Part shown: piece after piece, positions 50,001-59,016 of the stretch
Position numbering within the stretch: position 1 is the first letter of the stretch
Layout of the letters: every line of letters starts with the position of its first letter
From: an uncultured Chlorobiaceae bacterium
GTDB taxonomy: Bacteria; Bacteroidota; Ignavibacteria; UBA10030; SZUA-254
NCBI GenBank assembly: GCA_964410105.1
Contig: CAYPFY010000012.1
Location: forward strand, 1 to 64,000
Reading direction: 5' to 3'
DNA: 64,000 nt
Program-made: the position numbers and the translations under genes
The notes under the pieces: model-generated
Databases searched by the model: none
Told to the model about the DNA's origin: nothing
The model's input: the letters and a program-made list of their open reading frames with translations, nothing else

Positions 50001-50506
50001 AACCGACCATCACTCACGGATTCGCAGAAATCCAAGTCACGGATATCCCGGTAGAGGTCGTGAAAAGAGGCATCGACAAGCGTCACGGAGTAGTTTGTCG
50101 CAGGGCTTTGCCTGCCTCTGTACATTTGGAGGGCATCGAGCAAGCGATCGCGGATGGGGTAAAAATGCAAACCCACCTTCCGCGCAGTGGCATCATCATC
50201 CTCCACACCAAGCACCTTAACGAGCTTCAGGAGTGGCACTCCCATCCACCGAAGCATTGTCACCGAGACTCCGGCGCAGGCAAGAAAATAGATCAGTGCG
50301 CGACCGATGGGATCAAATGAAAAAATCTGTTCAAGGAGAATCCCGGCGAGGGAAACGGAGAGCAGGACAAGCGCGGAAATCAGCACGCCGAACAGGAGTG
50401 AAAGCCTGGCCTCCTTTCGGCGGACGCGCTGAAGGCGACTCACGATTTCCCTGTAAATACTGGCCGTGTCCACGTCTTTCAATGCCGTTCCTCTACAGTT
50501 CATCAA
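47063..50506 (-). CDS. Large membrane-anchored coiled-coil protein (DUF4175-like), 1147 aa
   Basis: 2-3 N-terminal TM helices, ~450-aa central domain, then ~600 aa of heptad-rich coiled coil with a Q/M/G-rich low-complexity stretch (MGMGQGQGQMMTPQQQ); start overlaps the stop of the upstream DUF4159-like gene (ATGA). Confidence 0.5.
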   Translation of the reverse strand: MMNCRGTALKDVDTASIYREIVSRLQRVRRKEARLSLLFGVLISALVLLSVSLAGILLEQIFSFDPIGRALIYFLACAGVSVTMLRWMGVPLLKLVKVLGVEDDDATARKVGLHFYPIRDRLLDALQMYRGRQSPATNYSVTLVDASFHDLYRDIRDLDFCESVSDGRLRWIRKKVLYLLALAVCIFAVSPSSFINSVYRIANYGQSFGAAPATEFDVEPGNIKIVRGQSVHVTVRTRGNRVHTLTLLSRATGEDNFESQNVSPGGDGLFRASLDNIRTSTEYLVASADRKSTLFNVTVLDRPLLRSLQIKVISPAYTRIPPKTLDENIGDIVAYRGSRVVLQVISSKDLVSASLQFGDSTKLPLTARGTHAGITFSVQKNTTYHLLLADESGLVNLDPVDYSIKIIPDEYPIAEILSPARNVDLTGDMRMDLVIRIRDDFGFSRLRLAYRLTQSKYEKPSEAFSFLDVPLMKKDQSPAEVAFRWDPSKLNLVPDDAVSYCAEVYDNDVVSGPKSSRSETYLLRVPSLEEVFADITEKHDRSVESIQDVAKETEELRKDIESIQREMKGGRNRMDWQQQQKAEAMIQRYEAMKDKLNEASQNLQEAVKKMHDNAVLSKETQQKFEELKELIEKLKSPDLQEALRKLQESMKNLSPEELRRAMEQLTLSQEQFRSALERTIQLLKRIHIEQKLDELVKRADDLRQQQAGVKQDASRIDPGDERKRNELAMKQKGLLGPLESLQRETSELKKQMEEFPQEMPTEAMNKADSGLVNKEMKSKMSRSAQQMESGNTQKALEEQQEIQEGLAEFGEQLKQVQKSLQERQTAQIINQMRKQIEDLIELSERQEALSDVTKNLEPNSQRFPKTADQQSNLLNDVGNVANSLGELGKKSFAVSPEMGREIGNAMREMSEALQNMENRNPNGSSSKQMQAMSSLNRTAMLLRDALNGMMEGGQGGMGMAGLMGRLGQMASQQGRINTGTEQAMGMGQGQGQMMTPQQQAEYQRLAGEQAAAQKSLKQLSEEAKNSSDFSKLLGDLTHIAQEMQEVVSDLQQGNVNPNTLKEQDRILSRLLDSQRSMRERDYEKRRIAEIGKAIQHSSPAELDLMTQEGRDRLREELLKVKEGKYSRDYEELIRKYFEQLSREEKTH

Positions 50507-51177
50507 TGCGTCAACGCCCAGACCACAATATTCGTTCCAAAGTGAAGTGCCTGTTCATGCGTCTCGGGCGAGTCGCCATGAACCTCTGGATCATTCCACC
50601 CATCACTCGGATTGGATTCGTAGGTATAATAAAGCACAAGTCTCCCTTTGTGAAACAACCCGAAGCCCTGAGGGGGTTTGCCGTCATGTTGATGGGTTTT
50701 CGGAGGGCCATTAGGAAATTCATAGTGAATATGATAGAGTCCGAAAGAAAAGGGTAGCTCTGTCAACTGTTGTTCCGGGAAGATTTTCTGAATTTCGCGT
50801 CGGAATGCTTTGTCCATTCCGTAGTCATCGTCAGCGTAGATGAATCCACCGTTTTCTAAATATGTTCGAATGTTTCTCCTCTCCAGGTCGGAGAAAACCA
50901 TATTTCCATGTCCCGTGACAAAGATGAAGGGGTAAGTAAAAATCCTCGAGTCTGATGCCTCTACGAACTCGTACACTGGGTCGACATCGACGAGGGTGAC
51001 TTGCCGGACGAACTTTAACAGATTGACCTCTTCCTGAGGATCATTATACCAGTCTCCTCCGCCAGAATACTTCAGTCGGGCGATCTTGAAGGCGCTGCTC
51101 ACTCGTGTATTTTGCGCCTCGAGCGCGGGGTACGTGGAGATTACGAGGAGAATAACCACTGCTGCATTTGCTCTCAC
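50503..51177 (-). CDS. Secreted DUF4159-like protein (possible class-I glutamine-amidotransferase-like fold)
   Basis: Signal peptide (AAVVILLVISTYPALEAQ); 224 aa; YPFIFVTGHGNMVFSDLERRNIRTYLENGGFIYADDDYG block; family name assigned from memory, not verified. Confidence 0.4.
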   Translation of the reverse strand: MRANAAVVILLVISTYPALEAQNTRVSSAFKIARLKYSGGGDWYNDPQEEVNLLKFVRQVTLVDVDPVYEFVEASDSRIFTYPFIFVTGHGNMVFSDLERRNIRTYLENGGFIYADDDYGMDKAFRREIQKIFPEQQLTELPFSFGLYHIHYEFPNGPPKTHQHDGKPPQGFGLFHKGRLVLYYTYESNPSDGWNDPEVHGDSPETHEQALHFGTNIVVWALTH

Positions 51178-51274
51178 ATAATAAAGTTATGAAAGCGACA
51201 AGGCAAAGGCAACTTACAAGGCGGGAGAGTCACGAGTAGCATGTCAGAAAGTGAGGGACAAATCGATATAAGCT

Positions 51275-51299
51275 CAGCGCACCCCCCCACGGGGTGCGC
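51275..51299 (-). terminator. GC-rich hairpin, probable intrinsic terminator after ftsZ
   Basis: Perfect 10-bp stem AGCGCACCCC / GGGGTGCGCT with 5-nt loop; on the minus strand it is followed by GAGCTTATATCGATTTG; lies 58 nt past the ftsZ stop. Confidence 0.4.
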
Positions 51300-51356
51300 T
51301 GCTCTTAGAAGAGAACGCAGTCAAAACCGGCGGATCCCAGGTCAAGTCTATCGGTC

Positions 51357-52532
51357 TCAGTCCATGATTTTCCTGAGAAACGCGGGCTTCTCGGCATCGG
51401 CAGCACTCGTCGACCTGGGCTGTTCTGTCTCATCCGACTTAAATGGATTCAGCGTGATGTCGATGCCCTTTCGCATGAAAGCGGGCTCATCCAGCTTCTG
51501 CAAATCATGGAGGCCTGCCGGGATTCGGTCAATTACTTTTGCTATTGGTTTAGCGACGCGCACGGATCCAACCCCGCGTTTGTTAAATCCTGTCGCGATA
51601 ACTGTTACCATCATCTCTTCACCGAGGTTTTCATCGATCACGGCGCCCATGATGACATTGGCTTCCTCGCCCGCTGCTTCATGGATCACACTGACTGCCT
51701 CATCCACTTCAACGAGTGACATCGTGGGTCCTCCGGTGACGTTAACAAGCACACCAAGTGCACCAGCTATCGATACTCCCTCAAGCAGGGGACTCGAGAT
51801 AGCTGCATGAGCTGCTTCGATAGCACGATTCTCACCGGTAGAGAGCCCAGAACCCATGAGAGCATCTCCCATCTCGCGCATGATGGTTCGCACATCAGCA
51901 AAATCAACGTTGATGAGACCCGGCGTCGTGATGAGCTCAGAGATGCCGCGAGTCGCGTTATAAAGGACATCATTCGCCTTGTCAAAGGCTTCCTGGAGCG
52001 GAGTGTTGCGCTCCACAATCGAGAGTAGCTTTTGATTAGGGATCATGATAAGGGTATCTACCTGTTTTTTCATCTCATCGATTCCCGATTCCGCTTGGGC
52101 CATTCGCTTCTTGCCCTCGCACGTAAATGGCTTCGTGACGATTCCGACGACAAGGGCCCCGAGACTTTTCGCAATATTCGCAACTATAGGAGCCCCCCCG
52201 GTTCCCGTCCCTCCTCCCATCCCCGCAGTGACAAATACCATATCGCTTCCAGCAAGCGATCGTGCGATCTCGTCCCGATCCTCTTCGACGGCACGTTGTC
52301 CGATTGAGGGATCGGCTCCAGCCCCAAGGCCCCTAGTAAGGTTTTTACCAATCTGAACCTTATTGGGAGCCTTATTCCTTTCCAGCGCTTGGCTGTCTGT
52401 GTTTATCGCGAAGAAGTCGACGCCTTGCAGTCGTTTATCGATCATGCTTGTAACGGCGTTTCCACCGCCGCCGCCGACGCCCACAACACGGATCTTCGCA
52501 CCGTGGTCGAAGTAACTATCGAGTTCGATCAC
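51357..52532 (-). CDS. ftsZ: Cell division GTPase FtsZ
   Basis: GVGGGGGNAV tubulin signature; GTG start preceded by AGGAG Shine-Dalgarno 9 nt upstream. Confidence 0.95.
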   Translation of the reverse strand: MIELDSYFDHGAKIRVVGVGGGGGNAVTSMIDKRLQGVDFFAINTDSQALERNKAPNKVQIGKNLTRGLGAGADPSIGQRAVEEDRDEIARSLAGSDMVFVTAGMGGGTGTGGAPIVANIAKSLGALVVGIVTKPFTCEGKKRMAQAESGIDEMKKQVDTLIMIPNQKLLSIVERNTPLQEAFDKANDVLYNATRGISELITTPGLINVDFADVRTIMREMGDALMGSGLSTGENRAIEAAHAAISSPLLEGVSIAGALGVLVNVTGGPTMSLVEVDEAVSVIHEAAGEEANVIMGAVIDENLGEEMMVTVIATGFNKRGVGSVRVAKPIAKVIDRIPAGLHDLQKLDEPAFMRKGIDITLNPFKSDETEQPRSTSAADAEKPAFLRKIMD

Positions 52533-52592
52533 TATCGTTTCTCCTTATAATGTGATATGATAGTATGATGGATTAGGTATTTTTCAATTTCG

Positions 52593-53843
52593 CTACAGCT
52601 CATCGAACCAGCTTTTCATTTTCCCAATGACTTTTTTGATCGAGCCGCTGCCATTCGACTTGCCGTTTCCGTCGAAAGCATGCTGCGCAACGTTTTTATG
52701 ACGCAGTCCATGCAATACCAATCCGACGCAGGTTGCGTACATCGGGTTTTCGATCTCGCGAACCAGACCCGCGTTGAATCCACCGGGGATGCCGATTTTG
52801 ACTGGCATCCCGAGAACCTCGCGCGCAAGCTCAGCGGCACCTTTGATAAGAGACCCGCCGCCTGTCAGGACCACCCCTGCCGACAGATGACGAGAGTATC
52901 CTGAGCGTTTGATTTCCATAGCAGCGATCTCGAAAATCTCCTCAATTCTTGGCTGAATAATCTGAGCAAGCAATCTTTTGTCGATTTCCAGAGGAGGGCG
53001 GCCGCCGATTCCAGGAATGGTGATTGGTTCGTCATCGACGACTCCTGGGAGATACGCGAAGCCGTGTTTACACTTAAGCTTTTCGGCCTGTTCTATGAGC
53101 ACACCCAGGCCTTTCCGAATGTCATTTGTCACTTGGTTTCCGGCAAAGGGAATGACCGCTGTATGGCGAATCGTCCGATCTTCAAAAACTGCAAGATCCG
53201 TCGTCCCTCCACCCACGTCGAGAAGGGCGATCCCGACTTCCTTCTCCTCCTCATCGAGGACAGCGTAACTGGATGCGAGGGGTTCGAGTACGATATCACG
53301 AATGTGCAATCCGGCCCTTTGGACGCATTTATAGATATTCTGGGCGGCGGTCACTAGTCCGGTGATGATATGCACGTTGGCTTCAAGTCTGACACCTGAC
53401 ATACCGACTGGGTCGCAAACTCCATCCTGTCCGTCGATAATAAATTCCTGAGGAATGACATGGATAATTCTCCTGTCGGAGGGAAGAGCAACCCGCTTCG
53501 TATCCTCGATAAGGCGATTCACGTCGGCCTGGTTGATCTCGTTCTCCGGTCCGCTGATGGCAATTACTCCACGGCTTTGGAACGATTGGATGTGATCACC
53601 GGCTATCCCGACGATCACAGATTGAATTCTCACACCTGATCGAGACTCCGCTTCCCCGACGGCGCTCTGGATCGATCGGACGGTCTTATCGATATTGGTA
53701 ACGACGCCTCTCGTCAATCCGTCTGAGGGGCTTCTTCCTATTCCCAGGACATTAAACCGTCCACCCTCGTCAATCGAAGCAACGATGGCACATACCTTTG
53801 TGGTCCCGATATCCAGCCCAACGATAATTTCCTGTTCCATCAT
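52593..53843 (-). CDS. ftsA: Cell division protein FtsA
   Basis: IVGLDIGTTKVCAIVA actin-like N-terminus, full length 416 aa. Confidence 0.95.
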   Translation of the reverse strand: MMEQEIIVGLDIGTTKVCAIVASIDEGGRFNVLGIGRSPSDGLTRGVVTNIDKTVRSIQSAVGEAESRSGVRIQSVIVGIAGDHIQSFQSRGVIAISGPENEINQADVNRLIEDTKRVALPSDRRIIHVIPQEFIIDGQDGVCDPVGMSGVRLEANVHIITGLVTAAQNIYKCVQRAGLHIRDIVLEPLASSYAVLDEEEKEVGIALLDVGGGTTDLAVFEDRTIRHTAVIPFAGNQVTNDIRKGLGVLIEQAEKLKCKHGFAYLPGVVDDEPITIPGIGGRPPLEIDKRLLAQIIQPRIEEIFEIAAMEIKRSGYSRHLSAGVVLTGGGSLIKGAAELAREVLGMPVKIGIPGGFNAGLVREIENPMYATCVGLVLHGLRHKNVAQHAFDGNGKSNGSGSIKKVIGKMKSWFDEL

Positions 53844-53862
53844 TCACATCCTTTCGATAGAC

Positions 53863-54672
53863 TTAGAGAGTTACCCGAGAACTTGACTGTCTTGACTCCT
53901 GCAGTCGAATCACAACCTGATCCGCGAATCGCAGGTCAATGTACTGCAGCTGTTCGGGTTTACTTGCTTTAACGATCTTATTCCAGAAAGTCTGAAGGGT
54001 CAATAGTTTGAATGCTATGTCGTGTCGCCCAATGTAGATCGGTACTGCAAGATCCGTCGAATAAAGGATTACATCCTTTCCGTGATTCATGTTGACTTCA
54101 GAAATAAAATGATACAACGTCGGATCGATCTCGCGAGCGATTTCCAGAAGCTCGATTGCTGCTAAGACATCTCCATCCCTGATTGCATCCCCGGGAATAG
54201 TTCCTTTCAACGGGGCAACGCCACTGATGATCGGAAGATCAAAACTTTTACCGGACTGGACAGGGGGGAGAAGAATACCATGGAGATCGACGTAGAACAT
54301 CCCACCACTGTTCAGTGAGGCGACAGGTTGGCGTTCCTTCACCCGGATGTGCACCACGTCCGGATATTGTCGACTGATCCTCACCCCCTCAATAAAAGGA
54401 TTCATAAGCACGCCCCTTCGGATTGCATACAGATCGGTGCTGGAAAGGGGCGATTTCAGTTGCAGGCCCGCGAGTGCCGAGATTTGGGAACTTGAAACAA
54501 CCTTTTCTCCATCGATGAGAGCACTTTGGACGCGGAGCGATTTACGCCACTTCCACGATGCCGGACAGAGAAGAAACATGCACGCCAGAACCAATATCAT
54601 AATCCCTATTTCCCATCGTCTTGACGAGTTTATCGGCGCCGGGCGGGAGACCCTTGGGACGGTATCGGTCAT
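53863..54672 (-). CDS. ftsQ: Cell division protein FtsQ/DivIB
   Basis: Single N-terminal TM helix followed by POTRA and FtsQ beta domains; position between murB and ftsA. Confidence 0.7.
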   Translation of the reverse strand: MTDTVPRVSRPAPINSSRRWEIGIMILVLACMFLLCPASWKWRKSLRVQSALIDGEKVVSSSQISALAGLQLKSPLSSTDLYAIRRGVLMNPFIEGVRISRQYPDVVHIRVKERQPVASLNSGGMFYVDLHGILLPPVQSGKSFDLPIISGVAPLKGTIPGDAIRDGDVLAAIELLEIAREIDPTLYHFISEVNMNHGKDVILYSTDLAVPIYIGRHDIAFKLLTLQTFWNKIVKASKPEQLQYIDLRFADQVVIRLQESRQSSSRVTL

Positions 54673-55589
54673 CCGCTAACCTCTCGTGAAATGTCTTTTG
54701 TGAACCCCATTAGCTTCACTTCCAATTCAAGGTTGATACCGAATTGGTCATGTACGATACTCCGAGCCAGATCGATGAGCTCGAGGACATCCTGGGCCTT
54801 CGCTCCGCCAAGATTGATAATAAAATTCGCGTGTTTCTCGGATATCTGGGCATTTCCCTTCTTTGATCCCTTAAGGCCAGCCTTTTCAATTAGCGTCGCT
54901 GCAAAATTCCCTGGAGGGTTCTTGAATATGCTCCCGGAATTCGGAAAATTTAGAGGTTGGCTCCGATTCCTTTTCAGTAGCAATTCTTTTCGGATTCGTG
55001 CGATCTCCGACTTCTCACCGTGCGGAAGTCGAAAACTCGCTCCAAGAATGGTCGTACCCTCAAAACCGGATTTCCTATATGTAAATCCACACTCATCCTT
55101 GTTAAGAGAAACGAGCGTCCCATTGCGGAGAGCGTGAACGTTAACGAGATAATCTGATATCTCACCACCGTAGGCTCCGGCGTTCATCATAATCGCACCA
55201 CCAACCGTCCCTGGAATTCCGGCTAGCATTTCGACACCCTTGAACCCCCGTTGCACACAAAAGTCCACGAACCGTGCAATGCTTACGCCCGCGTCCGCGA
55301 TCACGCGATCCTCTTCAAGTCTAAGTTCTCCCAATCCTGATTCAAGATTGAGAACTGCTGCCCGTATCCCTTCATCGCTGATAAGCATGTTGGTGCCACG
55401 GCCGAGAATCATGAAGGGGAATTTCTGTTGTTGCAGATAGGAAATGATCTCTACCGTATCCTCTTTATCGGCTGGCTCAAAGTAATAGTCCGCGGGTCCG
55501 CCAATTCTGAAAGACGTGTAATCCCTCAATGGCTCACTGATCGCGAGGTGACCTCGAAAGAATTTTCGTATATCATCTATATTCAGCAT
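54669..55589 (-). CDS. murB: UDP-N-acetylenolpyruvoylglucosamine reductase
   Basis: FAD-binding N-terminus (YTSFRIGGPADYYFEP ... ILGRGTNML) and MurB C-domain. Confidence 0.85.
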   Translation of the reverse strand: MLNIDDIRKFFRGHLAISEPLRDYTSFRIGGPADYYFEPADKEDTVEIISYLQQQKFPFMILGRGTNMLISDEGIRAAVLNLESGLGELRLEEDRVIADAGVSIARFVDFCVQRGFKGVEMLAGIPGTVGGAIMMNAGAYGGEISDYLVNVHALRNGTLVSLNKDECGFTYRKSGFEGTTILGASFRLPHGEKSEIARIRKELLLKRNRSQPLNFPNSGSIFKNPPGNFAATLIEKAGLKGSKKGNAQISEKHANFIINLGGAKAQDVLELIDLARSIVHDQFGINLELEVKLMGFTKDISREVSG

Positions 55590-55599
55590 GCGAGATCTC

Positions 55600-56991
55600 T
55601 CACAATTCTTCCTTCAGCCTGAGCTCTTTCAGGAACTCTTCTCCATATTTCCAGATATCACCAGCACCCATAGTAATAACGATATCACCCTTTTCCACAA
55701 CTCCCAGGAGGGTCTTTGGTACGTCTTCTTTCGCGGGAACGTAATGAGCATTTTTATGACCATATGTCCGCGCGGCCACGGTTATCAATTCACCCGTGAT
55801 TCCCTGGATAGGTTCCTCGCGGGCTGGATAGATATCCGTCACGATCAGAATATCAGACAGTAGGAATGCCTTGCCAAATTCTTCATAGAAATCCCTCGTG
55901 CGCGAATAAAGGTGCGGCTGAAATACACAGACGAGTCGGCGCCGCCACCCGCTTTTTGCCCCTGCCAGGGTGGCCCGGCATTCGGTTGGATGGTGGGCAT
56001 AATCATCGTAAAGCGTAATGCCACCCATCTCACCTTTCAACTCCCACCGACGGTACACACCTGTAAATCGTTCGATACCTCCTTTGACTCTTGGAAACGA
56101 TACTCCCAATTCAAGTCCCACGGTTATCGCGGCAAGAGAATTCTGAACATTGTGTTTGCCGGGAACATGCAGGGTGATATCTCCCAATTCATGAGTATTT
56201 CGGAGAACTGTGTAGTTTGTGGTATTCTCCACCTGGCGGATATCGACAGCCTGGATATCTGCTTGAGGATTAAAACCATAGCTAATTACCCTTCTCTGGC
56301 TCACCCTCGGCATGATATCTTGGAGTGCTGGTTCGTCGAGGCAGAGGACCACAAACCCGTAGAAGGGAACTTTGTTCGCGAATTGAACGAAAGCTTGTTT
56401 TATATCATCGAGATCTCTATAACAGTCCAAGTGATCGGTCTCAAGCGTGGTGAGAACGGCGATCGTCGGAGTGATCGACAAGAACGACCGGTCAAACTCA
56501 TCGGCCTCAACGACGATGAAATCACCCTGTCCCAGTCTGGCGTTTGTCCCGCCCAGCCCTGAAAGCTTTCCCCCAACGATGACAGTTGGATCTAGTTCGC
56601 CTTCCATGAGGACAAGGCTCACCATTGATGTGGTGGTCGTTTTTCCATGTGTTCCCGCGATTCCAATTCCATACTTAAGTCGCATGACCTCGGCAAGCAT
56701 CTCCGCGCGTCGGATCACAGGTATGTTTCTTCTATGTGCTTCAACAATCTCGGGGTTGTCCGGCGCAACAGCTGAGGAATAGACGACAGCATCGACGTCC
56801 TCGCGGAGATGACGGGCCTGATGCCCATCAAAGATTTCGGCGCCAAGGTCGCGTAACCGTTCTGTGACACTGCCAAGGGCCCTATCTGAACCGCTCACCT
56901 TGAATCCTTGGTCAATCAACACTTCGGCTATACCACTCATGCCTATGCCGCCGATCCCTACAAAATGTATTTTCCTGATGGAACTGAACAT
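55600..56991 (-). CDS. murC: UDP-N-acetylmuramate--L-alanine ligase
   Basis: IHFVGIGGIGMSGIAEVL N-terminus and Mur ligase central/C domains (GTHGKTTT). Confidence 0.9.
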   Translation of the reverse strand: MFSSIRKIHFVGIGGIGMSGIAEVLIDQGFKVSGSDRALGSVTERLRDLGAEIFDGHQARHLREDVDAVVYSSAVAPDNPEIVEAHRRNIPVIRRAEMLAEVMRLKYGIGIAGTHGKTTTTSMVSLVLMEGELDPTVIVGGKLSGLGGTNARLGQGDFIVVEADEFDRSFLSITPTIAVLTTLETDHLDCYRDLDDIKQAFVQFANKVPFYGFVVLCLDEPALQDIMPRVSQRRVISYGFNPQADIQAVDIRQVENTTNYTVLRNTHELGDITLHVPGKHNVQNSLAAITVGLELGVSFPRVKGGIERFTGVYRRWELKGEMGGITLYDDYAHHPTECRATLAGAKSGWRRRLVCVFQPHLYSRTRDFYEEFGKAFLLSDILIVTDIYPAREEPIQGITGELITVAARTYGHKNAHYVPAKEDVPKTLLGVVEKGDIVITMGAGDIWKYGEEFLKELRLKEEL

Positions 56992-57350
56992 TATTTGCCG
57001 AAAATCATTTTGAGGGATACGATCATGAGCAGGATACCAAACATTTTCCGTAATGTCTCTGCTGGAAGCTGGTTAGCAATCACACCGCCAAAGTATCCTC
57101 CGATGAAGAAACCGATACACATTATTCCCGCGACCCCCAGGTTCACATGTCCGGCCTGGTAATATTTCCAGACCGCCAGGATGCCGATCGGAGGTACTAG
57201 CATTGCCAGAGTTGTACCTTGAGCCATATGCTGTTCCCATCCAAAGAAAAAGACGAGGGCCGGTACAATGAAGATTGCTCCACCAATCCCGAGAGTCCCA
57301 GCGAGGACACCGGCCATAAGTCCGATGACGACATACTGGAGAGTGATCAT
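56991..57350 (-). CDS. Small TauE/SafE-like 4-TM membrane protein (119 aa)
   Basis: Four hydrophobic helices with glycine-rich motifs (GTLGIGGAIFIVP, GGYFGGVIANQLP); stop overlaps the murC start by 1 nt. Confidence 0.45.
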   Translation of the reverse strand: MITLQYVVIGLMAGVLAGTLGIGGAIFIVPALVFFFGWEQHMAQGTTLAMLVPPIGILAVWKYYQAGHVNLGVAGIMCIGFFIGGYFGGVIANQLPAETLRKMFGILLMIVSLKMIFGK

Positions 57351-57381
57351 CGCAGGCCCTTTCTATGAATTTTATTCGTGC

Positions 57382-57888
57382 TCATTGCAAGCCAAAGATG
57401 AAGCGCCTTCCCTTGGGCAATCCTTCGGCGATGTGTTGCATTTCGTGGTACAGTTCTCTATTTCGCTCGTATCGCCCGATACGAATTCGGAAAAGCCGCT
57501 TGCGGTTCTTGATTTTGAAGACAATGACTTGTGACCGTCCGGCTGTTTGCACCGATCGCTCACGGCCTATATGAAACCATTCAATTTCGTCGAAGAGAAT
57601 TTCACGCTCCCGAAACTTGTTATGGAATATCATTCGATCGGGAGTTAGAATAAGCCTTCGGTCGCGAGCCCGGTTGAGAGCTAGGACAAGAAAGGACAGA
57701 AGGACGAATAGGATAATGATGTAAAGAATCGGATCCGCCACAAGCGAAGGAAGTCGATCAAGTGTGATAGTCCCTCGGACACCACCATAGAGCAGGAGTG
57801 TGACGAGGTAAACCAGCGATTGCTGGTAATAGAAATCCAGTTTATACTTGAACACTTTCGAACCTGGCGGCAATTGTTGATGATTCAT
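57382..57888 (-). CDS. Hypothetical membrane protein with basic cytoplasmic PH-like domain (168 aa)
   Basis: Two TM helices then Arg/Lys-rich soluble domain (ILTPDRMIFHNKFREREILFDEIEWFHIGRE); start overlaps murG stop (ATGA). Confidence 0.35.
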   Translation of the reverse strand: MNHQQLPPGSKVFKYKLDFYYQQSLVYLVTLLLYGGVRGTITLDRLPSLVADPILYIIILFVLLSFLVLALNRARDRRLILTPDRMIFHNKFREREILFDEIEWFHIGRERSVQTAGRSQVIVFKIKNRKRLFRIRIGRYERNRELYHEMQHIAEGLPKGRRFIFGLQ

Positions 57889-59015
57889 GCAATGTTGTTT
57901 AACTTTCCCCGATGTCGTTCCGCCAGAGCGATCGCCCTTCGGGCGATGTCGGCAGCGGCGTTGGGTCGGCCAAGATTCCTGCTTTTATCACTCATTGAGC
58001 GGAGGCGATCCTGAGCGCACGATTCCACTATCGCAGGCATGAGTCTCTCCAAAAGTTCATCATCGTTCAGCAGGATCGCTGCACCGGCGTCAACCAAGGA
58101 CTGAGCATTTTCGAGCTGGTGCCCTGCTGACGCGAGGGGATACGGAACAAGAATTGCTGGCTTGCCGAGAAGCGAGAGCTCCGCTATTGTTGTCGCCCCG
58201 GCCCTACAGATAACGAGATCGCTCGCTTCATAGGCGTAATCCATCCGATCGATGAAATCGCCAACCCAAAGTGACCCGTTCCCGTGACTGGCCGAGGCAT
58301 CCCGCGCCATGGGGAGATCGTGTTGACCTGTTTGCCAGATCAGCCGAAAGTTTTGCTCTACGAAACGGTCAACAAGAGACCTGATAGCGAGATTGATCGA
58401 ATGTGCTCCCAGGCTGCCGCCGAAAACCAGAAGAGTGAGTCTTGGATCACGCGCTGAAAAGGTGAAATACCGCAACGCGTCCTCTCGGTTGGCATGCATG
58501 AGGTCGTCGCGGGTGGGATTCCCAGAGACAAAAACGTTATCGATTCGGGCGAGATATTTCTTGGACCTTTCAAACGTTAAATGCACTTCATCTGCATTGC
58601 GGGCCAGCATCCGAGTAGTGACGCCGGGATAACTGTTCTGCTCGTGAATGAGCGCTGGAATATTAAACTTGAATGCCGCATTCAATACCGGCCCTGCGAC
58701 ATATCCTCCGGTCCCGACGACCACATCCGGCCCAAACGAGGCCATGATGGAGCGAGATTGAATCATTGCCGTTATGAGCTTCAAAGGAAACATTAGATTT
58801 CGAACATTCCAGCCTCTGTGAAAGCCGCTGATCCAGATTGTACGGAACTTATAGCCCCTCTGCGGAACTATTCGAGACTCAATTTTGTCCCTCGTCCCGA
58901 TAAAGAGTATGTCTGCAGACGGTTCCATCCGACGCATCTCATCCGCGATGGCAATAGCGGGGAACAAATGGCCGCCAGTACCCCCGCCAGCGAATAAGGC
59001 TCGCAGAGACTCCAC
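57885..59015 (-). CDS. murG: UDP-N-acetylglucosamine--N-acetylmuramyl-(pentapeptide) pyrophosphoryl-undecaprenol GlcNAc transferase
   Basis: LFAGGGTGGHLFPAIAIADEM; likely GTG start at 59015 preceded by GGAAGG SD, immediately after the ftsW stop (ORF listed to 59063). Confidence 0.9.
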   Translation of the reverse strand: MESLRALFAGGGTGGHLFPAIAIADEMRRMEPSADILFIGTRDKIESRIVPQRGYKFRTIWISGFHRGWNVRNLMFPLKLITAMIQSRSIMASFGPDVVVGTGGYVAGPVLNAAFKFNIPALIHEQNSYPGVTTRMLARNADEVHLTFERSKKYLARIDNVFVSGNPTRDDLMHANREDALRYFTFSARDPRLTLLVFGGSLGAHSINLAIRSLVDRFVEQNFRLIWQTGQHDLPMARDASASHGNGSLWVGDFIDRMDYAYEASDLVICRAGATTIAELSLLGKPAILVPYPLASAGHQLENAQSLVDAGAAILLNDDELLERLMPAIVESCAQDRLRSMSDKSRNLGRPNAAADIARRAIALAERHRGKLNNIA

Positions 59016-59016
59016 A

